Assembly (NCBI GenBank): GCA_965240325.2
Contig: OZ251223.1
Span: 620,001 to 684,000, forward strand
DNA: 64,000 bases
DNA from: Rebecca billardiae RCC1528
Taxonomy: Eukaryota > Protista > Haptophyta
Reading direction: 5' to 3'
In this document: positions 1-10,626 of the stretch, in pieces
Numbering within the stretch: position 1 is the first letter of the stretch
How the letters are laid out: every line of letters begins with the position of its first letter
The notes under the pieces: model-generated
Told to the model about the DNA's origin: nothing
Database searches by the model: none
What the model saw: only the letters and a program-made list of their open reading frames with translations
Position numbers and translations under genes: made by a program

Positions 1-48
1 CCTGCTCGGCCCTCCCGCGTCGTCCCCTCCCCGCACGTGACGACCACG

Positions 49-1146
49 ATGGGCACGGCGGCCGATACGCGGATTCGCGCCAGGCGCCTCGGCTCGACGG
101 CGAGTGCCCTCGCCAGCATCGCGCTCCTCGTCGTCCACGCCTCCGCACCTGCCTCCGCGTCGGCCGTGTCCCATGCCGCCGCAGCCGCATCGCACGCCGC
201 CGCGGGCTGCAGCGCAGCAAATGTCTCGTCCGCGACAAACACGACGGAGTGGCGCGATGTGCCGATCTACATCGCCATCGTCGGGCTGCCCAAGTGCGGC
301 ACCACCTACCTGCGCAATCTCCTCGCCGTGCACCCGCAGCTCGCGTGCCCGAGCATGGCGCTCGGCGAGCGCCCCCGGTGCCGCGAGGAGACGGCAGGAG
401 CGCCGATGTGGCGCGCCAGCCCCCCGCCCGCCTTTGTGCGCCGCATGTGCGCGACGGTCAGGGTGTCGGAGCCGAGGGGCCCTGGGCGTGCACGGCCGAG
501 GCGCGTGGTGATCAGCGAGCCGTCCCTTCTGTTCGGGCCGCGGCTCCCCGCCAGCCTCGCGCAGATCCCGGACATCCGCGCCGTCGCGTGCATCCGAGAG
601 CCCATCGCATGGCTGGTGTCCGCGCGCAACCACGTGCTCAGGGAATCTGACGGGAACCCCCTCGCGCTGGGCCCGGCGTGGCGGACGCTGTCTGGCTGCC
701 CAGCCAACCACACGCCTGCGATGCCCCCCTCGCTCGCAGACCTTGCGCTCGGCTGCCAGTGGCACTGGGTGCAGCGCAAGAAGTATGCCCAGCTGCCGCG
801 CCAGCTGAGCGGGCTGGCGGCGGGGGGGCAGGTGATCGTGGTCAGCCTCGAGGCCAACGAGCACAACCAGGTGGGCACGTGGCTGCGGCTGACGAGGTGG
901 CTCGGCGTCAAGTCGGTGCGCTCCCTGGCAGAGCAGCCCGACCCCATCGGCAAGGCCAAGGTGCTCACCCGGGGCCCGTGGTATCAGACCTGGTGCGCCG
1001 ACGTGAGCCCAGCCGTGCGCGCCGCAGTGCACGGCCACTTTGAGCGCTCGTACGGCGCACTGCTGGGCTTCGTGCGGGAGCGCCTGCCACACAGCCTTCT
1101 TTCGCCGAGCCAGAGGCTGGGCACTGCGCGCGTGCTGGCGTGCTAA
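49..1146 (+). CDS. Sulfotransferase-family protein, probable secretory/Golgi type
   Basis: N-terminal hydrophobic segment; 5'-PSB loop IAIVGLPKCGTTYLRNLL and 3'-PB-like IREPIAWLVSA; first ATG at 49. Confidence 0.75.
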   Translation: MGTAADTRIRARRLGSTASALASIALLVVHASAPASASAVSHAAAAASHAAAGCSAANVSSATNTTEWRDVPIYIAIVGLPKCGTTYLRNLLAVHPQLACPSMALGERPRCREETAGAPMWRASPPPAFVRRMCATVRVSEPRGPGRARPRRVVISEPSLLFGPRLPASLAQIPDIRAVACIREPIAWLVSARNHVLRESDGNPLALGPAWRTLSGCPANHTPAMPPSLADLALGCQWHWVQRKKYAQLPRQLSGLAAGGQVIVVSLEANEHNQVGTWLRLTRWLGVKSVRSLAEQPDPIGKAKVLTRGPWYQTWCADVSPAVRAAVHGHFERSYGALLGFVRERLPHSLLSPSQRLGTARVLAC

Positions 1147-2748
1147 CTCATTAATCAGTCCGCGCGGGGAGTGTCACGGTGACCGGGTCCGGTGCGGCCT
1201 GCGCCCGACGCCGTCCCGGGCAGCGGGCTCGTCGCGCATAGCAGCGCGCGCATCAGTAGCTTGCGCGCGCGCTTATATTATATATATGCTGATTATTTAA
1301 CACCGCGCGACTAGATGAGTATGATCTCGGCCGGCCCCGCGCGCCCGTCGGCCCGTCCGCCGTCGGGCCGACGGCGCCGTCACCGTGCCGCGGCGGCTAA
1401 CTTATCACGGCCACGCGCCGGATCGGACGGCGTCACTCGCGCCGGTCGGATATCTGTGGCATTCTGATCAGTGATCACCCGCGGAGCCGGCGAAAGAATC
1501 CTGCCGTCGCCGACCTGCCGAAATCGGCTGGCCTCGTTAGTTAAGTACGGCGGATTACTGAACTACTGTCCTGGGATTTAGAACGGGCTCCCATGGCCAT
1601 GCTGTGCAGATGTTCGCCGTCAATAATAGTCGCTAATAATTCTTTCTGAATAGTGAATGGTTCGAGGACTTCGAGGAGCGCGGGATCGGGCACGAACGCA
1701 ATCGCGTGCGCGCTTACCTGCGGTTATTGGCAGCATTGCCGTTATTGGTGACAGACAGCCGGAGTCACAGACTGACGCGACCCATATTAATTCGCCGCGA
1801 CAGAAAGGAATCGATGCCATACGACGCGCGCAGATCTACTAAAGGCGACAGCTGAGATCGGTATACAGCGGCATCCCTGGGCGCCCACTGACCTCACCCA
1901 CGGCCAACGCGCTCCGCGGACATCCTCCGTCTCCGGCCAATCCGTACTTCGACAGGCGCCATCACGGGAGAGCTGCTCCCTCGTGCCTGTGTTTTTAAAT
2001 CATAGAATCAGCTGACAGGGCATCGGCGTGGGCAAGGACGGTTGGGCGCCCAGGTGTGCCCATCTCACTCGCGCCACGTACTACCGCGCGAGCCCTGTTA
2101 AGCGGACTGCCGCAGCGACGTCGACGACGGATCCGTCCCGAGCTGGCAGGTCTGCAGTTTCGGTCGTTTGCCCTCTCGTCGTCATCATTCTACTCAGATT
2201 CTCAGTGCATCCCAGGACCGGTGTCCACTGACCCTGAACGACGTGGCCACTGCGAGATTAATATGAACATACCCAGGCTCTTGCACGGATATATGAGCCA
2301 CGACCAATGAGCCCGTAGCTTGCTCTGACGAACAGGTTTACCCACCTGCCGTTGTTGACTTTTGAAACAATATGTGCGAGCCTTCCAACTGGCGGCGTTG
2401 GCGAAAACGTGAATCTGAGAGGCGGCGTGCCGGCCAGCCGGTGCTTCTTTCGCTCGACGCGAGCCCGGACCGCTGCGCTTTTGATTCCGTCAACGCTCAA
2501 GGGTGCGTACGCGAGACGGCACCCGCCGTCCGGAGCGCTTTCAGCGGGAAATCGTCAGGGGATTCAGACCGGCGCGGCGGCGTACACACCGCGCGCACCC
2601 GCGGCCGGCGGGGCAACTGGAGAATCTCAGCAACCAGCACGTCGGGGTCGCCTCGTCTTGCTCGGCCCAGAACCGCACGCGCCGCCGTCTCCTCTCGCGC
2701 GCGCAGCTCGACCGCAGCGACCGCTCGACGCGCCTCAGTTGCTCAGCC

Positions 2749-5075
2749 ATGTCGAACGCATCCATGTGGAAGCTGGCGTCGACCTGCGCGCTGCAGCCGC
2801 TCCGCCTCATGCACAGCGTGGCGAGGCGCGCCGCTGATTCCCACAGCGCCGCTGGCCCGCTCGCGCTGCAGCGGTGGCAGCAGACGGCGCGCGCGCTGGC
2901 GACGGCGACGCCCGCGGGGCCGTCAAAGACGGCCGGTGCACACCGGAGCATGGCCTCCGTCGCCGAGAGCGTCGACTACGACGACGACGAGCTCGCGCCG
3001 CCGCACACGTCGACCATCACCGACGAGCCGCCGAGCGTGAAGGAGGTGGCGCGCGGGCGCGTGGCGGATCTGCAGCGGCGGGCGGTGCAGGGCGGCGGGT
3101 CGGAGCGCGTGGCGACGCAGCACGCGCGCGGCAAGCTCACCGCGCGCGAGCGCCTCTCGCTGCTCCTCGACGCCGGCACGTTCCGCGAGACGGATCAGAT
3201 CAAAGCGCACCGCGCGACCGAATTCGGGATGGACAAGAAGCAGTTCCCGGGCGACGGCGTGGTGACGGGGCAGGGGAAGATCTTCGGGCGCACGGTGTTC
3301 GTCTGCTCGCAGGACTTCACCGTCCTCGGCGGCTCCCTCTCCGAGACGCACGCCGAGAAGATCTGCAAAGTGATGGACCGCGCGATGCTCGTCGGCGCGC
3401 CGCTCATCTGCCTGAACGACTCGGGCGGCGCGCGCATCCAGGAGGGCATCGCGTCGCTCGCGGGCTTCGCCGAGGTGTTCCAGCGCAACGTGCTCGCGAG
3501 CGGCGTCATCCCGCAGATCTCCGTGATCATGGGCCCGTGCGCCGGCGGCGCCGTCTACTCGCCCGCGCTCACGGACTTCACGTTCATGGTACGCGATTCA
3601 TCGTACATGTTCGTGACTGGCCCGGACGTCGTGAAGGCTGTGACGAACGAGGAGGTGACGGCGGAGGCGCTCGGCGGCGCGCAGACGCACTCGCGCGTGT
3701 CGGGCGTCTGCCACGGCGCCTTCGACAACGAGCTCGAGGCGATGGCCGGCATCCGCAACTTCGTCTCCTACATGCCACAGTCAAACCGCGAGAAGCCGGC
3801 CATCCTGCCGACCGACGACTGCCGGCACCGCACCAACCTGGACGTGCTCGACACGGTGGTGCCGGACGACCCGAACCAGCCGTACGACATGCGCTCGATC
3901 GTGGAGCGCGTGGTCGACGACGGCAAGCTCGACGAGATCCAGCCCGAGTACGCGCGCAACATCATCGTCGGCTTTGCGCGCATGGAAGGCCGCTCGGTCG
4001 GCATCGTCGCCAACCAGCCTCTGGAGGTCGCGGGCTGCCTGGACATCGACTCGGCGGTGAAGGTGCGGGCCGCCGCGCCGCGCCGCGCCGAGGGCGCGGG
4101 TGTCGGCGCGGTCGTCGCGTTGGCCTCGCCGCCTCGCGCCGCGCCAGGCCGCGCTTCGCGCGAGAGCTCACGCGCGCACGCCTTGCCGCGCGCTCTGGCG
4201 CCCACCCCGCCCGCGCACGCGCGGGCGCGCAGGCTGCGCGCTTTGTGCGCTTCTGCGACGCCTTTGAGATCCCGCTGGTCTCGTTCGTCGACATGCCGGG
4301 CTTCCTCCCGGGCACGGTGCAGGAGTACAACGGCCTCATTCGCCACGGCGCCAAGCTGCTGTACGCGTACGCGGAGGCGACGGTGCCCAAGATCACCATC
4401 ATCACGCGCAAGGTGCGCCCTCGCGCCCCGCGCGCGCACACACACGCCGCCGCCGCCCGCACGCGCGCGCGCGCACGCGCCCGCGGCTGTGCGCATGCTT
4501 GCTCACGCGCGTCGGTCCCTCCACGCGGCGTGCGCGCGTGCAGGCGTACGGCGGCGGCTACATCACCATGTCCAGCAAGCACCTGCGCGGCGATGCCAAC
4601 TACGCGTGGCCCTCGGCTGAGATTGCTGTGATGGGCGCCAAGGTGGGCGGCAGCCGCGGCGCACGGCGGCGCGCGCTCGGCCCGCGCGCGCGGCGGCGTG
4701 TGTGCCTGGCATGCAGCTCACTGTCCGCGCCCCACCGCCGTGCGCCGCCGCCTCTCGCCCCCGCCCCGCCGCCCGCTCTGCGCCGTCCTCTCCCCCCTCT
4801 ATCTCCCCCCGTATCTCCCTCCATCTCCCCTCTCTCTCTCTACCGACCGTCCGCAGGGCGCGGCGGAGATCATTGCGCGCGGCAAGAACAAGGAGGAGGC
4901 GACGCGCGACTACGAGGAGAAGTTCGCCAACCCCATCATGGCGGCGGAGCGCGGCTTTGTCGACGGGATCCTGAGGCCGCGGGACACGCGCCGCGTGATC
5001 TGCGAGGACCTGGAGCTTTTCCAGGACAAGCAGCTCACCAACCCGACAAAAAAGCACGCCAACATGCCGCTGTAA
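2749..5075 (+). CDS. PCCB: Propionyl-CoA carboxylase beta chain, mitochondrial; exons 2749-4062, 4233-4412, 4544-4642, 4857-5075
   Basis: Motifs [68 protein letters not shown]; GT-AG introns join the frames. Confidence 0.95.
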
Positions 5076-6407
5076 TTGCCGGACGCGGTTGGTAGTCGCA
5101 GGCGGCGCGCGGCGGCGGTGACGGCAGTGTGCCTCCTGCCGCCGCGCCCGCCATCCTGTAGCCTGGCCGGGCGGGCCCCCGCGGGCCACACGGCCCACTG
5201 CTCGCCCCCCGAGCAGCCGGCACGCCGGCTCCACCCGGCACCCCGCATGCTAGTGCCTGCGGCACGCATGGGCAGCCTTCCGCCTTGCCCGTTGCCGCCG
5301 ATTCAGCCATGCACTGTCTGACACTGTTGTAGCAGTGGCCACGTACTCCTCAGCCAAGTGAGCGGCTGCAGCCTGCACCTGGACACACTCGGTCACCGCT
5401 CCTAAGATAAAGATAGACTGAGGCACTAAGTGGCATCACTGCTCGTAATAATCAGTCGTAATGTCTTATCTGTCCTGACTCAGACTATCATACTCACTAT
5501 CCGGACTACATAGTACATAAATTCATAATCTGAGGTCTCAGTCTGAGTAGACGACATCAGCCAGTGAGTTCGGCCTCGCCGCGGCCGCGAGGCGACGGCC
5601 ACGGCACGGGCCGAGCAGCCCCGGGGGCGTCACAGCGGCGGTCCAGCCAGCCGCTGCGGCTGCCCGCTGAGATGGCCCACGCCGGTGTCCGGTGCGACCC
5701 GGTCTGCATCAGCCATCAGGCGGTGAGTGAGCCAGCTGTGCCCGCTTCCGGCTTCGTCGGAGTCAGACCGCGCGAAGGCTTGACTCTCAGAGAGTCAGCA
5801 GACATCAGCAGAGTAGACAGTAGTGCTCTACTATAGCAGCATCATTAGCGGCATATATGTAGGCCATACTCACATAGCCATAGGCTGACGCCCGACAAGT
5901 AAGATATTTGGCGGCGCCGTATTTAATGACGCGCGACTAAGAATTTGTCTTACTTACTGTACAGTCAACTGAGCTAGACTTTTATTAAAGCTGCTATGTG
6001 AGTAATGTGAGAGTCCGAAGGCGACCCGCAGTGAGTGAGCGTCAGCGTGTCGGACACTGACTCGGCGCACGCGAAAAGAAGACTGCCGTACTAGTTACGA
6101 GCAAATACTGCCAATTACTACAGCAATTACCTTGCATGCTTATGAGTCATTCAATTTCACACCGGCACCCGCGGCGCCGGGGCAACCCGCCGGGCGGGGT
6201 GCTCACAACGCCGTCCAGGGAACGGGGTCGTCCAGGGGACGGAGGCGGAGAAAAGACGACTGCACGCTCCCGCCCGGGCCGGCCCGTGCTCCCGCGCGAG
6301 CGCTGCCCGCTGCGCAACAATGAAATGGACTTGCGGCACACTCATTATTGCTAGGCAAAGCGAACTTCCTGTTCATAAGGCGTACGCAGTGATGACTGAA
6401 TTGACTG

Positions 6408-6507
6408 GAGGGTGGTGGTTGGTTGGGGGCTGGCCAGGGTAGGGCTGGAGGCTTCGGCCGCCAGTCTGATCACCCGGAGCCCGTTATATAGAGGGGAACT
6501 TAAAAAA
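6408..6507. repeat. ~95-bp dispersed repeat copy 1, containing a C(UUCG)G hairpin
   Basis: Near-identical to 36297-36393. Confidence 0.85.
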
Positions 6508-7438
6508 TATGGGTTGGCGCTGCGCGTCAACTTGGGCTGGAAACCTGTTTCTGAAACGCACGATGGCACGCCGGGCCGGTGGCCCGAGCTCGGAATTCCG
6601 ACGCTCGGCCATGGGCGCCACAGGGGCGCCGCGGCGGGGCTGACGACGCGCGCGCGTGTGCACGTCTGGGCACGGAGTGCGCGCTGCAATGACTGTCCCG
6701 TCTGCAGCACCACGCCCCGCGCTGTGAGTGAGAGTGTGGCCCGCGCCCAAGCGAAACGCCGGACGGGCGGCACTCCGCCGACCTTGCCGTCCGCCGACCA
6801 ACCCGCGGCCGCCTGCTGCAGCTCGTGGAAGGCACGCAGTCGCGCGCTCGCGCGTGGATGGCGGCCCTGCGCGTATGCGCCCGCCGCGCGTGCCGCTTCA
6901 TCCGCTGGCACCGCACGCGAGGGCGCTCGTCGCGCGCAGTCGGCAGCTCGAGCCCTCCGCCGCCCGACCGGGCCGGCGCCACGCCTCGCGCTCGTGCTCG
7001 AGCTGAGGCGGCGCGTGTCGCCCGAGCCGGCGGGTTCGCACGCGTGCGCGTGGTGGGCGGCCTCGCGCGTGAGCCCGCTGCGCGCCCCGCGTTGTTCGCT
7101 GGCGCCGCACGCGAGCCGTTCGTCGCGCGACCGACCGCAAGAGGGCGACCCTCGCTCGTGGGCTCTCGCTCTCTGTCGGCTTCGGACCCGGGACGCCGAG
7201 GCCGCGCGACGGGCCGACGGCGACGACGGCGCGAGGTGGTTTCGATTCCTTTGTTTCGACGCTCGTATGTCAAATGCAAGATGATATCCGCGTGGACGCC
7301 GCGTGCTAATATCGGCGCGCACTTTAAGCCACTTTTCGATCGGACGCGACCACGAGTCCGAATTAGTCCAAGAGTCCCACACGCGCCCAAGAGGAATCCC
7401 GAGCGTGCGGACCCGACGTCCCTCGGCGGCAACGAGGC

Positions 7439-8422
7439 ATGCTGACGACAGCGCTCCGCCGCAGCATCGCCTCGCTCGCGCGGCACGCGCCACGCGCCCG
7501 CGTGACGGTGCGCATGCCCGCGACGAGTGCCAACATGGGCCCGGGCTTCGACTCCCTCGGCATCGCGCTCGCCAACCAAGCCACCACCAAACTTCCTCTC
7601 CGCCGAGCTGTCAACAACTGCCCGCTTCAACCCATGTCGACTGGGGAGACCTCGGCGCCGGGGCGGCAGGAGAACGAGGCGTGGGACGATGTGTACGACG
7701 AGGGGTCGCCCGCGCGCTACTTCCAAGACCTCTTTACGAAGGACCACGCGATGTGGCACGACCAGCTCGTCGAGCTCTTCGCCGCTGAGCTCGACGCGTT
7801 CGTCGAGCGCACCGGCGGCGAGCGCGAGCTGCTCGCCGTCGAGTTCGCCGCGCTGTACGGCAATGCGACAATGGCGTACAAGTACGGGCTCCGCGCGCAC
7901 GACGTTGAGCGCGCGTGGCACGAGGATGAGTGGCTGCCCGCGCCGAGGCATAACATCCGCGTGGTCGCCTCCGACCTCGATGAGAAGCGGCTGCAGTACG
8001 GGCTGCGGCGAGGCCTCTTTGCCGAGGTCCACGCGCACGACCTGAACGAGCCGGTGCTTCCCGAGGCGCTCGCGCGGCACATGGCGCAGGCGGACGTGCT
8101 GGTGTGGATGCTCGGCGCCTACTACATGCAGCTGCCGCTCTACTGGCAGCGGATGGTCCTGCAATTCCTCAGCGACCGGCGGCGCGAGAAGCTCGTGGTG
8201 TACACGGACTCGCCGCCCTTCCAGCCAGCCAACTTCTCGCCCGAGGCGCTCTTTGCAGGCGTGCCGGGCTGGACGTCGGTCAAGCGATTCATGAAGGTGC
8301 GCAACTTTTCCCTCGCTCGGCCCGAAGGCGCCACTGAGTTTTGGATGAACGTCTATGTCGTCCGCTTCCGCGCGGCTGAGGACAGGCACGACCCGTACGC
8401 CCATCCTGACGAGTGTCAGTGA
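7439..8422 (+). CDS. Chimeric ORF: presequence + homoserine-kinase N-terminal fragment + class I SAM-methyltransferase-like domain
   Basis: VTVRMPATSANMGPGFDSLGIAL (ThrB motif 1), then WDDVY..SPARYF, VEFAALYG, VVASDLD, HDLN (Rossmann MTase-like motifs); second ATG at 7634. Confidence 0.6.
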   Translation: MLTTALRRSIASLARHAPRARVTVRMPATSANMGPGFDSLGIALANQATTKLPLRRAVNNCPLQPMSTGETSAPGRQENEAWDDVYDEGSPARYFQDLFTKDHAMWHDQLVELFAAELDAFVERTGGERELLAVEFAALYGNATMAYKYGLRAHDVERAWHEDEWLPAPRHNIRVVASDLDEKRLQYGLRRGLFAEVHAHDLNEPVLPEALARHMAQADVLVWMLGAYYMQLPLYWQRMVLQFLSDRRREKLVVYTDSPPFQPANFSPEALFAGVPGWTSVKRFMKVRNFSLARPEGATEFWMNVYVVRFRAAEDRHDPYAHPDECQ

Positions 8423-9087
8423 GGCTTCGAGGGCGGGCGCGACCCGTACCGGCGCCCACCCCAGCAAGTATGGCTCGGAAGACAGGCACGAGTACGACCC
8501 TGTCGGCGGGGCGCACAGCCACCTGCCTGACATGGCGGACCGTGTGATCGGCCCGCAGGCCGCACGCTGCGCGCCATTATGATGGGCGCACGGCAGCTTT
8601 GCGGCCACTGGCGCCACCGTGAGGCCGCGCGCTCGTGTTGGCGGGCTCCTGCCAGCCGCGCGTACTTTCTGAGTGTACTGTGAGCCGGCGGGCGGCGCGT
8701 GAGGGCCGCAGCGTCAGACTGCGGCGTCCGGCTTTGGCCGCCGTGCGCACCGTCCGGCGTGCAGCCGTCTGCGGCCGCAGAAGCGGCAGGGTCTGCGCCG
8801 CATTACATGATGAGCTCTTATGACTGATGAGTAATCTCTCTCTCTCTCTCTATACTGTAGTCGCTGTAGAAGCGCAAGCAAGCTGCGAGGCCATCGCCAT
8901 GACCTGCGCATGACTCTGAGTCGTGAGCTCGAAGGCGATCGTGATAAACGGATGCCGTGTTGTTGCGGAGCTGACTCAGCTGTTAGTGTTAGAGCTCATC
9001 AGGTCCAGCAAGACGAGGTCGTCGTCGAGGAAGAGCATGCCCACGCACACGTGCAGCAAGCCCGGCAGTGAGAGAGCCTCAGCCTCT

Positions 9088-9152
9088 CGCGCGCGCGCGC
9101 GCGCGCGCGCGGGGGGGGGGGGCGGGGCGGGGGGGGGGGGCAGGGGGGGGGC
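9088..9152. repeat. (CG)n followed by poly-G low-complexity tract
   Basis: Directly visible. Confidence 0.85.
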
Positions 9153-10626
9153 ACGCTTATATTGTTGTGCGCAGCATGATGTGCGCGCTGCCAGCTGCAC
9201 ACCGAGGACGACGATGATGAGCAGCGACACGACCGTGATCCGCGAAGGACGCTTTGAACACCGCTGCCGCTGGAAGCGTGACCCTGTCGACAACGGCAAG
9301 CTTGACGAGCACGCCATCGCATGACATACATACATGCACACCACTGAGATGAGGGAGAGGGCAATGCCGCCGGCAGTGAAGGCTATACTAAGAAGCACTG
9401 AATCAGAGACACACATCATCAAATAGTTTAGGCGCGAGATTAATCTCGCCTGCCTGAGCTGTGTGCGTCTCTTATTTCTAGTAAACTGTCATCTCAGCCT
9501 GCCTGAGCTGTCTGCTGTGTGCGTGTCTTAGTCTTAGTAAACTGTCCGCCTCAGCCCAACGCTGCTGCAGGCACAGGGAAGCGCCATATGCACAGGGCCC
9601 ACGCAGACAGCCCCCCGCCACCTGTGGCACTAGGACCTCCGCTTGGACACCGCCCGGGATGTAGCCCAGCTGGTGGCAGCAGCAGTGCCAGGCTGCCAGC
9701 GTCCGCGCCGCCCCGCCCGCCCGTCGCGCAGCTTGTCGATCCCCCTACACTGAGGCGTCGCCCGCCGGCCAAAAGGGGCCGCCTGGATTCCGATACCCTG
9801 CAGCCTTACTTGCCAGGCGTCCCTGTCCCTGACCAGCCCAAGCCTTCAGCACCTGCGCCTGAGGGCCCTCCCCTGCGCAAGTCTGCCAGGCTGTGCCAGC
9901 GCCGCATGCGCGGCGCAGGCACAGCTGCAGCTCCTCGCCAGCATGACGAGTGACGACGCTTCACATGCACCTGCGTACAGGCACGGCCTGCCTGGGAGCA
10001 GCCCGCCGGTGCGAACCTCGGGCAGCAGCCGTACATGCAGGCCGGCACGAGCGGCAGGGTCGCACCAGTGCCGGCCCCAGCCCGTGAAGCGCAAACAGCC
10101 CGACGACCCGGCCCCCGCGGCTGGCGAGCCAGCTGACCCCCCGGGCAGCAGAACCTTGCCGCCGGCTTTGAGGCCGACTCGCCACACTGGGCCCCATGTC
10201 ACCTGAGGGCCAGCCCTTCTGTGTGATATGCTACCCCAGTCATGCCGCTTGATACACGCCTTCCCCAACCGACAGTGGGGCTCCACGTTCAATACTACAT
10301 CCTCATCCTGTCGGCGCGCTGTCGCATCGGCGCCCAGTCGGAGAGTTCGGACGGCGACGTCTTGTGGACGACGGTGGGGCGAGGACGACGGGCGCTGGCG
10401 CGCCGCGAGGCGGCCGCAGCCCTCATCCAGGCCTCGCAGGCGTCGGGACGGCTGACATGAAAGTGATGAATGAATCTTCGGACGGGCTCCGACCAAAGCC
10501 TCCGGCCGGACCGTTTAGGTTTAGGTCGCAGAAATTCCGGTTGCTCGCGCGGTCGCGCCGCGTCCGTGGGCGGGAGGGCGTCAACTCAAACTCCACCCCG
10601 GCGCCGCTCATGGGCGCGAGGGCTTG

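Noticed and set aside
9440-10460. Possible decayed retroelement (short tandem duplication at 9445-9555, LRKSARL motif)
   Set aside because: No RT, integrase, LTR pair or TSD could be identified
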